Shown one piece after another: positions 10,049-20,613 of a stretch of 64,000 bases of DNA. A program made the position numbers and the translations under genes. The stretch is from contig JBMNLZ010000002.1 in NCBI GenBank assembly GCA_050953065.1, forward strand, positions 288,001 to 352,000, written 5' to 3'. The first letter of the stretch is position 1; every line of letters starts with the position of its first letter. Source of the DNA: Bacilli bacterium. Lineage in GTDB: Bacteria > Bacillota_I > Bacilli_A > ML615J-28 > CAG-698. Under the pieces are notes generated by a model. That model was given only the letters and a program-made list of their open reading frames with translations, made no database searches and was not told where the DNA came from.

Positions 10049-13000
10049 ATGAATAGTTCATCAATAGCTAAAAGAACTTTGCCATTAATTATCGTATTAT
10101 TAGTTATTATTGCAATAGCTGTATCATGTACATTAATAGGTAAAGAAAAAACAAATCCAACAATAAGTGAAGAGAACGCTTATTATATTAGTGTTACTGA
10201 TGGTGATAACACATATGGTATTACTAATAAAAAAATTTACGAAAGTTTGAAGAAATACTATGGAGCAACTGTTTTAAGTCAAATGATGGATAAAGACTTA
10301 TTAAAAGATGTTGATGGTGTTAATTATATGGACATACTTCAAGCAGACGTTGAAGCAAGACTTGTTAAAAACATTTTTGGTTCACAAGAACTAATGGATG
10401 AATTAACAGAAGAAGAACAAACAGAAAAAAGAGAAGCATATTATAAATTGCAAAAAAATAGCGGATTATATTCTGAAGAGGCAATTTTAGAAGATGTGAA
10501 ACTTACTCTTGCTAAAGAAAAATATGCTAAAGCATTATTTGAAAAAGAATTTTTAGAAAAAGAAGAAACTGATAAAAAAATGTTTTCAGATACAGATATT
10601 TCTAATTACTATAATGCTAATTACAAAGATGAGTATTGGACAATTATTGTAGTTTATCCTACAAAAGATTTAGCCACTACAGCTTTAAAGCAATTAGATG
10701 TTGAAGTTAAAGAAGTTACTGAATCAGGAACTGTATATGATAGATGGGTCTGGATGGCTGATGCTACATGGACTTCTAGTGATGAAGCAGTTGCTACAGT
10801 TAGTGCAGATACAGGACTTGTTACTGCAGTTGCAGCTGGAGTTGTTGATATTACTTATACAACAACAAAAGGCGCTACAGCAACTTTCAAAGTAAAAGTT
10901 CATACAACTGCAACTCCTGAAGGTGAAGAAGAATATGATTATGCAATCAAATTAGATACAGAAGATGAAGATGAAGAAACATTACAATTAACTAAAAAAT
11001 TAACTTTAAATCAAATCTTAAAAGTTCATATTGATTTGTATAATTCAATGTATGCAAGAAATGCAGAAAATTATCCTAATGATGATGATCCTTTATTAAA
11101 TGAAATTATTAAAAAAGATGTTCATTATACAATTGATGCAGCTGGAAATATTATCTTCATTACTACATTAGATGAAGAAGATGAAGATGCTGATGTAAAC
11201 TTATTACATAAAACATATATGGAATTAAGTAGTTTTAACTCAACTATTGCATCTTATTTAGAATCTACATTAAATGTTTTCAGTGAATTAGCTGAAAAAG
11301 AAAATATTCATAAAGAAAACTATACTAAATATTTCGTAGTTAATCCAACACTTGCTAGTAGTCAATATTATTTTGCTGTTAAAATAAAAGTTGATGAAGC
11401 AGCTAAGCTATATGATGAGGCTGAAGGTGAAGACGAAAAACCAATGAATGAAGCAATTAAAGCTGAAATCATTGAAAAGTTAAAAGAAGAATATATTAAT
11501 GAAACTTATATCAATGGCAAGATGGGTGACTTAAGAAGAGATAAAGGTTTATTAATTTATGATAAAATTATTGAAACAGCTTATATTGATGGTTATGATT
11601 CAAAATTAAAAACAACTAAAAAATCAAGTGACAGTATTGTTGCAAGAGTAAATGGTGTTGATTATACAGCAGATGCTTTATTTGCTGAAATGGAATCAAA
11701 ATTCGGTACAGCTTCTGCAATTGAAAAATTACAATTTGAAATGATGTTAAGAGATACAGAACTTAATACTATTTATGATTATGCAAATTATGCTAATAAG
11801 AGTGATAAGAAACGCATTTTAGATGCTTCTGAATGGAATAGTATTAAATCAACTGTTATCCAACAAAAACGTACATTTAGCCAAGGTGGATTTGAAGGTT
11901 ATTCTCCTTCAATCGGTTGGAAAAATTTCATGAAACAATATTTCAATGTTGATTCTGAAGATGAATTAAAATTAAGAGTTTTATATACTGTCTTAGTAGA
12001 TGACTTAGCTGATGGTCTTGGTAAGATTTCTGAAGATACAACAGTAGATGATGAAGTTTGGAAATTCTATTATTCAGCGATGGATGAAAGAGTAAGAGAT
12101 TACTATGAAGTTACAGGATTTCATTTATTAATAGGTGTTTATAAAGATGGCAATGAAAATGGTGCATATGATGATGGCAGTGAAACTGATGAATTAATCG
12201 AACCAAAAGAATGGACTGCATATCAAACAACATTAGTTGAAGAATTATATGATGAAGCAATTACATTGCTAGAAGGCGTTGAAGCTTTTGATTATCAAAA
12301 TCAATTACTTGAGTTTGAAACAAACTTCAAAAAAGCTCCTAAATTCTTAGCAAACGTTAAACAAGATGCAGCAAGTCAACCATATCAACCAGGTGGAGTT
12401 GTTGATATCTATAAGTATTCAAAATATAAATCAGCTGGTATTACTGTGATGTATCAAGATTTAGGTACATTTGGTAATGGTTCTATGGTTGCTGATTTTG
12501 ATGAAGCAGCAAGATATATCTGGCAAAGAAAATATGCATATGAAGCATTAGGTTTTGGTAATGCAAAAGAAATCAATATTTATTCTAAAGCTGAATCTTT
12601 AGATGGCGGATATTTATCATCTCAATTTGGCTATCATGTATATGTTAATACTGGATGGACTGCTCCTACTAAGTATTATAAAGAAGGAGATAGTGAAGGA
12701 GTTTTATTACCAACAAGTGAGAAAATGCTTGAGATTGTTAAGAAGTACATCGCAGATTCAACTGATCCAAGCCTAACAACTGATGATAAGAACCTTGTTA
12801 CAAAATTCTATTTACCAATTGTAACTGAATTTAAAGGTGATGATGATCAATCGGCTGGTAACTATAAATACATTGATATCTTAGGAAAACAATTAAAAAT
12901 GAATATTGAATTTACAAATGATGATGATAATGTAAAACTTGATAGATATTTAGATAAAGTAAAAGAATATAAAGATTCATATGTAGACTCATTATCATAT

Positions 13001-13252
13001 TTATTACCAGTATTTGAAATTACTAATAAAGAAAATTTAAATGTTGGAGATACATTAGAATTAAATCTAAACATTATTTCAGCTTTTGATTTTGCTCAAG
13101 AAGGTGTAAAATGGAAGAGCAGTAATGAAGATGTCGCAACAGTAGATGAAAATGGTAAAGTTACAGCTGTAGCAAGTGGTAAGGTTATTATCACTGCAAC
13201 ATCTGAAGTTTTAGAAAGTTTGAATTCATCTGTTGTAATTAGAGTAAACTAA
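10049..13252 (+). CDS. Large PrsA-like foldase/parvulin PPIase lipoprotein with duplicated chaperone domain and two Big_2 domains
   Basis: Lipobox-like IAVSC; parvulin-like GFHLLI, DLGTFGNGSMVADFDEAA and SQFGYHV; WTSSDEAVATV and WKSSNEDVATV Ig motifs. Confidence 0.7.
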   Translation: MNSSSIAKRTLPLIIVLLVIIAIAVSCTLIGKEKTNPTISEENAYYISVTDGDNTYGITNKKIYESLKKYYGATVLSQMMDKDLLKDVDGVNYMDILQADVEARLVKNIFGSQELMDELTEEEQTEKREAYYKLQKNSGLYSEEAILEDVKLTLAKEKYAKALFEKEFLEKEETDKKMFSDTDISNYYNANYKDEYWTIIVVYPTKDLATTALKQLDVEVKEVTESGTVYDRWVWMADATWTSSDEAVATVSADTGLVTAVAAGVVDITYTTTKGATATFKVKVHTTATPEGEEEYDYAIKLDTEDEDEETLQLTKKLTLNQILKVHIDLYNSMYARNAENYPNDDDPLLNEIIKKDVHYTIDAAGNIIFITTLDEEDEDADVNLLHKTYMELSSFNSTIASYLESTLNVFSELAEKENIHKENYTKYFVVNPTLASSQYYFAVKIKVDEAAKLYDEAEGEDEKPMNEAIKAEIIEKLKEEYINETYINGKMGDLRRDKGLLIYDKIIETAYIDGYDSKLKTTKKSSDSIVARVNGVDYTADALFAEMESKFGTASAIEKLQFEMMLRDTELNTIYDYANYANKSDKKRILDASEWNSIKSTVIQQKRTFSQGGFEGYSPSIGWKNFMKQYFNVDSEDELKLRVLYTVLVDDLADGLGKISEDTTVDDEVWKFYYSAMDERVRDYYEVTGFHLLIGVYKDGNENGAYDDGSETDELIEPKEWTAYQTTLVEELYDEAITLLEGVEAFDYQNQLLEFETNFKKAPKFLANVKQDAASQPYQPGGVVDIYKYSKYKSAGITVMYQDLGTFGNGSMVADFDEAARYIWQRKYAYEALGFGNAKEINIYSKAESLDGGYLSSQFGYHVYVNTGWTAPTKYYKEGDSEGVLLPTSEKMLEIVKKYIADSTDPSLTTDDKNLVTKFYLPIVTEFKGDDDQSAGNYKYIDILGKQLKMNIEFTNDDDNVKLDRYLDKVKEYKDSYVDSLSYLLPVFEITNKENLNVGDTLELNLNIISAFDFAQEGVKWKSSNEDVATVDENGKVTAVASGKVIITATSEVLESLNSSVVIRVN

Positions 13253-13271
13253 TGTTTTGAATAAACAAACT

Positions 13272-13306
13272 AAACACCTCATACCCAATTAGTATGAGGT
13301 GTTTTT
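13272..13306 (+). terminator. Intrinsic terminator
   Basis: aaacacctcatac / gtatgaggtgttttt. Confidence 0.8.
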
Positions 13307-13506
13307 AAAATTTCAATAATGATTTTTATAAAAAAAGATATGTAATTAGAAAAAAATGACTTTGGAAAAATATATAATGTTAGCTTTTCCCAAAGTGGAA
13401 TATAATATTTAATCTCAATGTTGATTTTAAAATGCAATGATTTTTTATTTAAATAGTTATTTAAGTGTGTTATAATAATATAAAGAATAAAACTAAGGGG
13501 AAGAAG

Positions 13507-14286
13507 ATGAAGTTTCAAGTTATCGCAAGTGGTTCAAAAGGAAATCTTACCTATATTGAAACCGCTGAGGCTAAAATTATAGTAGATGCTGGTATTACTT
13601 ATAATAGGCTAATTAAAAATCTAGATGACAGTATTTTATTAGATAGAATTGATGCTATCTTTATCACACATGAACACTATGATCACGTATCAGGTTTGGT
13701 TAGTATTATGTCTAAAAGTGATGCAACTCTTTATATTCATCAAGACAGTTTTAATTTTTTAAATGAAAAAATAAAAGAAAAAATTCCATTAGATAAAGTT
13801 TGTTTTATTGAAGATAATAAGAAATACAAAGTTAAAGATTTTTTTATTTATACAATGCAGTTAAATCATTATAGTATGCATTGTTTAGGATTTGTTTTTG
13901 AACATAAAAATAATAGACTAGCCTACATTACTGATACTGGATTTGTTCCTGAGGTTTATTTAGATGTTTTAAAGAATGTTGATGTTTTAATAATTGAGGC
14001 TAATCATGATATAGAAATGTTACTTGAAAGTGAAAGAGATCAATTTTTAAAAGCAAGGATTTTATCTGAAGTTGGACATATTTCAAATCTTATTTGTAAA
14101 GACATTTTAAGAACAGTTGTAAGTGAAAGAATGAAGTACATTGTTTTAGCTCATGCAAGTGAGGAATGTAATTCAAAAGAAGCAATTCTAGAAACTATTA
14201 AAAATGGTCTAGATGTGATATATCATGAAAGAATAATAATTGCTAAACAAAATGAAAGTATAGCATTAGTAATTTTAGAGGAGTAA
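13507..14286 (+). CDS. MBL-fold metallo-hydrolase (YycJ/WalJ-like)
   Basis: ASGSKGN, THEHYDH, YITDTG, EANHD. Confidence 0.88.
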   Translation: MKFQVIASGSKGNLTYIETAEAKIIVDAGITYNRLIKNLDDSILLDRIDAIFITHEHYDHVSGLVSIMSKSDATLYIHQDSFNFLNEKIKEKIPLDKVCFIEDNKKYKVKDFFIYTMQLNHYSMHCLGFVFEHKNNRLAYITDTGFVPEVYLDVLKNVDVLIIEANHDIEMLLESERDQFLKARILSEVGHISNLICKDILRTVVSERMKYIVLAHASEECNSKEAILETIKNGLDVIYHERIIIAKQNESIALVILEE

Positions 14287-14289
14287 GGA

Positions 14290-16263
14290 ATGGCTTTTAG
14301 GTTAGTATCTTTTTTTAAACCAACTGGTGATCAACCACAAGCAATTGAAAAACTTACAAGAAATGTTTTAAATAATGTTAAACATCAAACCTTATTAGGA
14401 GCAACTGGCACTGGTAAGACTTTTACGATTGCTAATGTGATTGCTAAGACTAATAAAAAGACTTTAGTCTTAGCTCATAATAAAACTTTAGCAGGACAAC
14501 TTTATAGTGAATTAAAAGCATTTTTCCCAGAAAATAGAGTTGAATATTTTATTTCATATTATGATTATTATCAACCAGAAGCCTATGTTGCAAGTCGTGA
14601 TTTATATATCGAAAAAGATTCTAGTATCAATGATGAAATAGACCAAATGAGGCATAGTACTGTAAGTAGTCTAATGGAAAGAGATGATGTTATAGTAGTT
14701 GCGAGTGTTTCTTGTATTTATGGAATTGGAGATCCGGCTGATTATAAAGAAAAACTGCTTTTCTTAAGAACAGGTGAAGAAATTAAAAGAAGTGAGCTTT
14801 TAGAAAAACTAGTTAAGATGAATTATGTTAGGAATGATTTTGAGCATAAAAGAGGCATCTTTAGAGTAAAAGGTGAAATCATTGAAATTATTCCAAGTTA
14901 TGAAAAAGAAGAAATTATTCGTCTTGAATTTTTTGGTGATGAAATAGAAAAAATTAAAATGGTTGATAGCATTTCAGGGAAAACTATTTCTTTAAAAAAA
15001 CATATTACAATTCATCCTGCTACACTATTTTTAGTATCAGATTTAAAAAGAGAAGAAGCTATAAAAAGAATCAAAAATGAATTAGAAGAGCGCATCAAAT
15101 ATTTTAAAGACAATGATAAATTAATTGAGGCTCAAAGGATTGAACAACGTACTAAATATGATTTAGAAATGTTAACAGAACTTGGTGAGTGTAAGGGGAT
15201 TGAAAACTATTCAAGACATTTAAGCCTAAGAAAAGAAGGTGAGATGCCTTATACTTTACTTGATTTTTTTAAAGATGACTTTTTAATGATTATAGATGAA
15301 TCACATGTAACACTTCCTCAAGTTAGAGGCATGTTTAATGGCGATAGATCTAGAAAACAAAATCTAGTTGATTATGGCTTTAGATTACCTTCAGCATTAG
15401 ACAATAGACCATTAACGTTTGATGAGTTTAACAGTAAATTAAAGCAAGTAATTTATGTTAGTGCAACACCTGCAATATATGAAAGAAATTTAAGCTATGA
15501 AGTAGTAGAACAAATTATTCGCCCAACTTATTTACTTGACCCAGAAATTGAAATTAGACCTACTAAAGGTCAAATTGATGATTTAGTTTTAGAGATTAAT
15601 AAAAGAATTAAAAATAATGAAAGAGTTTTAATTCTTACCTTAACAATTAAAATGAGTGAAGATTTAACTAAATACTTAAAAGATTTAGATTTTAAAGTAG
15701 CGTATTTACATTCTGAAATTAAAGCCTTAGAGCGTCTTGAAATAATTAGAAAACTAAGGCTAAAAACGTATGATTGTTTAGTTGGAATTAATCTTTTAAG
15801 AGAAGGGTTGGATATACCTGAGGTCTCTTTAATTGCGATCTTAGATGCTGATAAGGAAGGTTTTTTAAGAAGTGAAGTATCGTTAATTCAAACGATTGGA
15901 AGAGCCGCAAGAAACGTTAATGGTAAAGTTATAATGTATGCTGATAAGGTAACTGATTCTATGCAAAAGGCAATTGTTGAAACGTATAGAAGACGTGAGA
16001 TTCAATTAAAATATAATCAGGAAAATAATATTATTCCTAAAACTATTATTAAAGATGTTAAAGATTCTTGGCTTGATGAATTAGAATTAAAAGAATCTCT
16101 AACAATTGATATGGATGGACTTGATAGGCTAAGTACTTTAGAAAAACAAAAAATTTTAAAGAAACTTGAAACTGAAATGAAAGAAGCAGCCAAAGCTTTA
16201 GATTTTGAACAAGCGATGACTTTAAGAGATATTATATTTGAAATAAAGAGTGGTGGAAAATGA
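14290..16263 (+). CDS. uvrB: Excinuclease ABC subunit B
   Basis: [27 protein letters not shown]-terminal UVR domain. Confidence 0.99.
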   Translation: MAFRLVSFFKPTGDQPQAIEKLTRNVLNNVKHQTLLGATGTGKTFTIANVIAKTNKKTLVLAHNKTLAGQLYSELKAFFPENRVEYFISYYDYYQPEAYVASRDLYIEKDSSINDEIDQMRHSTVSSLMERDDVIVVASVSCIYGIGDPADYKEKLLFLRTGEEIKRSELLEKLVKMNYVRNDFEHKRGIFRVKGEIIEIIPSYEKEEIIRLEFFGDEIEKIKMVDSISGKTISLKKHITIHPATLFLVSDLKREEAIKRIKNELEERIKYFKDNDKLIEAQRIEQRTKYDLEMLTELGECKGIENYSRHLSLRKEGEMPYTLLDFFKDDFLMIIDESHVTLPQVRGMFNGDRSRKQNLVDYGFRLPSALDNRPLTFDEFNSKLKQVIYVSATPAIYERNLSYEVVEQIIRPTYLLDPEIEIRPTKGQIDDLVLEINKRIKNNERVLILTLTIKMSEDLTKYLKDLDFKVAYLHSEIKALERLEIIRKLRLKTYDCLVGINLLREGLDIPEVSLIAILDADKEGFLRSEVSLIQTIGRAARNVNGKVIMYADKVTDSMQKAIVETYRRREIQLKYNQENNIIPKTIIKDVKDSWLDELELKESLTIDMDGLDRLSTLEKQKILKKLETEMKEAAKALDFEQAMTLRDIIFEIKSGGK

Positions 16264-17369
16264 AAGTTATTTTAGGATTAAGCGGTGGTGTTGATAGCGC
16301 TGTTGCTTTAATTAAATTATTAGAAAAAGGCTATGATGTTGAAGCGATTTTCATGAGAAATTGGGATTCAACATTAAACAATGATATCTTAGGAAATCCT
16401 AATGATTTTTCTAATATTTGCCCGCAAGAACAAGACTATCTTGATGCCTTAGAGGTTGCTAATAAATATCATATAAAACTTCATAGAATGGATTTTGTTG
16501 ATGTTTATTGGGAAAAAGTATTCTCATACTTTTTAGATGAATATAAAAACAATAGAACTCCTAATCCAGATATTTTATGTAATAGTGAAATTAAGTTTAA
16601 AGTCTTTTTAGAAGAAGCTTTTAAAATGGAAGCAGACTATATAGCGATGGGTCATTATGCAAGAGTTGTGCATAAACCAGAAGTAAAACTATTTAAAGCA
16701 GTTGATAAGAATAAAGACCAAAGTTATTTTTTAAGTCAATTAAATAAAGACCAACTTTCAAAAGCTTTATTTCCTTTAGGTGATATGACCAAAGATGAGG
16801 TAAGAAAACTAGCTAAAGAACATGGAATAAAAATAGCTAATAAAAAAGATTCAACTGGGATTTGTTTTATTGGTGAAAGGCATTTTAAAGAGTTTTTAAA
16901 GAATTATCTTAAACCTAATCCTGGTGATATTAAAACTCTTGATGGAAAAACTGTAGGTAAGCACGAAGGCTTAATGTATCATACAATTGGTCAAAGAAAA
17001 GGTTTAGGAATAGGTGGAGCAGGAGAGGCTTGGTATGTTATTGGTAAAGATAAAAAAAACAATGTTTTATTAGTCAGCCAAGGAGATAGATCAGAATATT
17101 TATATAGTAATAGATGTCTTGTTAATAAAATTAACTGGTTAGCAGATGACTTTAAGACTTTAGAATGTTTTGCTAAATTCAGATATCGTGCTGCTGATGT
17201 TAAAGTAAAGTTAGTTAGAATAGATGAAGATACAATTGAAGTAAATTATCCTGAAAAAGCTAAAGCTGTAACTCCGGGTCAAGCTGCGGTCTTTTATTTA
17301 GGAGAAGAATTAATTGGCGGAGGAACAATTAACGAAGTCTATTTTGGAAAAGAAAAAAGGATGTATTAA
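16260..17369 (+). CDS. mnmA: tRNA 2-thiouridylase
   Basis: [35 protein letters not shown]. Confidence 0.98.
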   Translation: MKVILGLSGGVDSAVALIKLLEKGYDVEAIFMRNWDSTLNNDILGNPNDFSNICPQEQDYLDALEVANKYHIKLHRMDFVDVYWEKVFSYFLDEYKNNRTPNPDILCNSEIKFKVFLEEAFKMEADYIAMGHYARVVHKPEVKLFKAVDKNKDQSYFLSQLNKDQLSKALFPLGDMTKDEVRKLAKEHGIKIANKKDSTGICFIGERHFKEFLKNYLKPNPGDIKTLDGKTVGKHEGLMYHTIGQRKGLGIGGAGEAWYVIGKDKKNNVLLVSQGDRSEYLYSNRCLVNKINWLADDFKTLECFAKFRYRAADVKVKLVRIDEDTIEVNYPEKAKAVTPGQAAVFYLGEELIGGGTINEVYFGKEKRMY

Positions 17370-17374
17370 TCTAT

Positions 17375-19639
17375 ATGGAAGAAAAGATAGTTGGTGAAAT
17401 AAAAAGAATAAAACATTATAAAAAAGAAACAGGTTTTGGAGCGGTTGAGATTAAAATTGATTTTGAAAAAGAATCTTCAAAAGTTCTAAAAAACATGCTT
17501 TTTTCAAATACACTAACTGTCGTTGGTGTCTTTTCAAGAGAACCACGTCCTTATGAAGAATATGTTTTCTATGGTAATTTTGAAACTAACCAATATGGTT
17601 ATCAATTCAAAATGAAGAGTTATGAGATTAATAATGAAGCAACTGAGGAGTATATTTTAGCGTATTTATCAAGTGATTTTTTCCCTGGAGTTGGGAAAAA
17701 AACAGCTTCTAAAATCTATGATGAATTAGGGAAGGATTGTATTGGATTAATTATTAAGGATAAAAAAGTATTAGACAATATTAAAGGAGTTACTCCAAAA
17801 CAAAAAAAGACAATTTATGAAACTTTAATTTCAAATGATTTATACCAAAAAGCTATTTTAGAATTAATTAGTTTTGGGTTAAGCGTTACTTGGAGTAAAC
17901 GCTTATATGATACTTTAGGAGAAAATGCAGCGAAGACGATTAGAAAAAATCCTTATTTATTAATTGATTTAGTTGATGGGATTGGTTTTAAAAGAGCTGA
18001 TGAAATAGCTTTAAAAAATAAAATTGAAAAGAATAGTCCTTTAAGAATTAAAGCTTTTATGTTATATCTAATTAATAATTCAATTAGAAATAAAGGTGAT
18101 ACTTATTTAGATAAAATAGCTTTAGATGAATATGTCTTAGCTGAAATTAATAAAGGTGAAGAAGTTGAAGTTATTACAGAATCTGATTTACATAGATTCT
18201 ATGATGAATTAGAAAATGAAGATAAAATTAGATTTTATCGTTCTAGAGTTTATGAAATGAATTTATATAATGCTGAATATAAAATCGCTGATAAAGTATT
18301 TCATTTATTAAACGAGAAATTAGAGATCAAAAAAGAAGATATCGTTATTGCTTTAGAAAAAGTTAAAGGCGATATTAAAATTGAGTACAACTTTGAACAA
18401 AACAAAGCAATCATTAATGCTTTAAGTGAAAAGTTAACGATTATTACAGGAGGTCCTGGGACTGGTAAGTCAACTATCATTCAAGGAATTATTAAAACAT
18501 ATTTAGAATTAAATAAACTAGATAAAGATGCTTTAGATAAAATTGCTTTACTAGCACCAACTGGTAGAGCAGCTCAAAGACTAAAAGAAGTAACCTCTTT
18601 TAATGCCTCAACTATTCACCGCTTTTTAGGTTATGAAGGCGGGAATAGATTCCGCTATAATATGGATAATCCAGTTTATGCTGATTTAGTTATAGTTGAT
18701 GAGTTTTCTATGGTTGATACACTCTTAGCAGAAAAGTTGTTTGAATGTATTAGTCCAAATGCTTGTTTTGTTTTAGTGGGTGATGTTGATCAATTACCAT
18801 CAGTAGGTCCTGGTCAAGTCTTATCTGATTTTATTGTTTCAAGTGAAATAACAACCACTCAATTAAAAGAAATACATCGTCAAGCAAGTGATTCTAGTAT
18901 TATTAGTTTAGCTCATAGTATTAATCAAGGTTATCTACCAGAAGGAATTTTAAATGCAAAAGAAGATAGTGCTTTTTTTCAAATAGAAGAAGCTTCTATT
19001 ATTGATAATGTTATAAACATTATCGAAAAAGCAATTGAAAAAGATTATAACTTAATTAATAATATACAAGTTTTAGTTCCTTTTTATAAAGGAGAATTAG
19101 GGATTAATTCTTTCAATGAAAAACTTCAAGAAAGATTTAATCCATTAATTGAAAAACAAGAAATAAAACATTATTCAAGAAAGTTTAGAGTTAATGATAA
19201 AGTCATTCAACTGGCGAATAGAACTGAAAAAAAAGTAATGAATGGTGATATTGGTTTTGTTTATAGATTAATAGAAGATGAGAATGGTTTTAAAGGTTTA
19301 GAAGTAAATTTTGATAACAATATTGTTAGTTATAATTTAGATGAATTAGAAGATATTACACATGCTTATGCAATTTCAATTCATAAAGCTCAAGGTAGTG
19401 AATTTGATTTAGTTATTATTCCTTTTACCTTTAAATACTATAATATGCTTAAAAGAAAATTAATTTATACAGCAGTTACTAGAGCTAAAAAATCTTTAGT
19501 TATGATTGGTGATATCAGAGCTTTTAGTAAAGGAATAAAAGAAAAAGAAGAAACAAGAAAAACAGCTTTACTTGAAAGAATTAAAGAAATGTTTGAAAAA
19601 AGAGTTGAAAAAGAAAAATCCCCTTGGGATTTCTTATAA
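17375..19639 (+). CDS. recD2: ATP-dependent RecD2-like DNA helicase
   Basis: GVGKKTA and GIGFKRAD HhH motifs, TGGPGTGKS, DEFSM, AYAISIHKAQGSE. Confidence 0.95.
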   Translation: MEEKIVGEIKRIKHYKKETGFGAVEIKIDFEKESSKVLKNMLFSNTLTVVGVFSREPRPYEEYVFYGNFETNQYGYQFKMKSYEINNEATEEYILAYLSSDFFPGVGKKTASKIYDELGKDCIGLIIKDKKVLDNIKGVTPKQKKTIYETLISNDLYQKAILELISFGLSVTWSKRLYDTLGENAAKTIRKNPYLLIDLVDGIGFKRADEIALKNKIEKNSPLRIKAFMLYLINNSIRNKGDTYLDKIALDEYVLAEINKGEEVEVITESDLHRFYDELENEDKIRFYRSRVYEMNLYNAEYKIADKVFHLLNEKLEIKKEDIVIALEKVKGDIKIEYNFEQNKAIINALSEKLTIITGGPGTGKSTIIQGIIKTYLELNKLDKDALDKIALLAPTGRAAQRLKEVTSFNASTIHRFLGYEGGNRFRYNMDNPVYADLVIVDEFSMVDTLLAEKLFECISPNACFVLVGDVDQLPSVGPGQVLSDFIVSSEITTTQLKEIHRQASDSSIISLAHSINQGYLPEGILNAKEDSAFFQIEEASIIDNVINIIEKAIEKDYNLINNIQVLVPFYKGELGINSFNEKLQERFNPLIEKQEIKHYSRKFRVNDKVIQLANRTEKKVMNGDIGFVYRLIEDENGFKGLEVNFDNNIVSYNLDELEDITHAYAISIHKAQGSEFDLVIIPFTFKYYNMLKRKLIYTAVTRAKKSLVMIGDIRAFSKGIKEKEETRKTALLERIKEMFEKRVEKEKSPWDFL

Positions 19640-19659
19640 AAGATAAGGAGAGAAAAATC

Positions 19660-20424
19660 TTGAAAAGAACATATAAATTTTTAATGTTAGTTTTATTTAG
19701 CATAATATGTTTATTAATTTTTACTGGTTGTTATGGGGTAAAGAAAAGTAAAATTGTAATTCTAGAGGATGCTGAAAATATTACTCAAACAGTTGCTTTT
19801 AGAAGTTATTCTGGTCCATATGTTGCTGTCATCTTTAAAGCAAAATATAGAGGTGCAGATAAAATGTTTTTTAATAGTTGGTTTGATGATGAAGATTTAT
19901 GGACGCGAGCGATAAAAAGAATTGAAGTAGAAGATATAAATAATATTGTTTTTTCAAATAAAAAAATTAAAGATGATGCATATAATAAAAAATATACTGA
20001 CGGTATGTATTCTAAAAATTTAGTATGTTTTAGTAAGAATGAATCTTATTATGGAATTAATATAACTTCTGTGGGTTGGGGGACACAATTTAGTAATGAA
20101 TTTGAAATAGATGAAACTGATTTAACTGACCTTTATATAGATATGCAAGAAAACATGGATATTGTAAATCCAGATTATGAAGTTCTTAATTACGGTACTT
20201 TTAAGATAGAGTGGCATCCTTCAGAAGATTATGACTATTTCTATTTTGTAAATAGTCGTGAGGTTTATATATATGATGGTGAAACTAAAGAATTAATTAA
20301 AACCATTGAAACTGATACAGATATTTATGGAGCAGTTTATGCAAACTATAGAGAGAAATTTTGTGTAGCTGTGAAGGATGGAAACCAGTTTAGGATTATA
20401 AAATATGATATTATAGAAAAATGA
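19660..20424 (+). CDS. Hypothetical lipoprotein
   Basis: TTG start after AAGGAG; signal peptide ending FTGC. Confidence 0.7.
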   Translation: MKRTYKFLMLVLFSIICLLIFTGCYGVKKSKIVILEDAENITQTVAFRSYSGPYVAVIFKAKYRGADKMFFNSWFDDEDLWTRAIKRIEVEDINNIVFSNKKIKDDAYNKKYTDGMYSKNLVCFSKNESYYGINITSVGWGTQFSNEFEIDETDLTDLYIDMQENMDIVNPDYEVLNYGTFKIEWHPSEDYDYFYFVNSREVYIYDGETKELIKTIETDTDIYGAVYANYREKFCVAVKDGNQFRIIKYDIIEK

Positions 20425-20429
20425 ATTGA

Positions 20430-20552
20430 AAAAGAGAGGGAAGAAAAATTATTTATTTAACTTTTATTGTTTTATTTTTTATATGTTTAGTTGGTTGTAA
20501 AAAAGAAGTAGCTGATATTTGGCCAGTAATTTGGGGCTATACTGGAGAATAA
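20430..20552 (+). pseudogene. Collapsed LRR-lipoprotein gene remnant: signal peptide fused to the family C-terminal tail
   Basis: In-frame KIIYLTFIVLFFICLVGCKKEVADIWPVIWGYTGE*; no in-frame ATG after TGA 20427-20429. Confidence 0.75.
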
Positions 20553-20613
20553 TTAATAACTTGTATAAAATGTTTAAATATGCTAGAATAAGATATATTT
20601 TAAGGGTGAAAGT

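Noticed and set aside
13368-13395. dif-like sequence (..TATA-TAATGTTAGCT)
   Set aside because: Poor XerC arm and spacing, and gene orientation does not switch across it.
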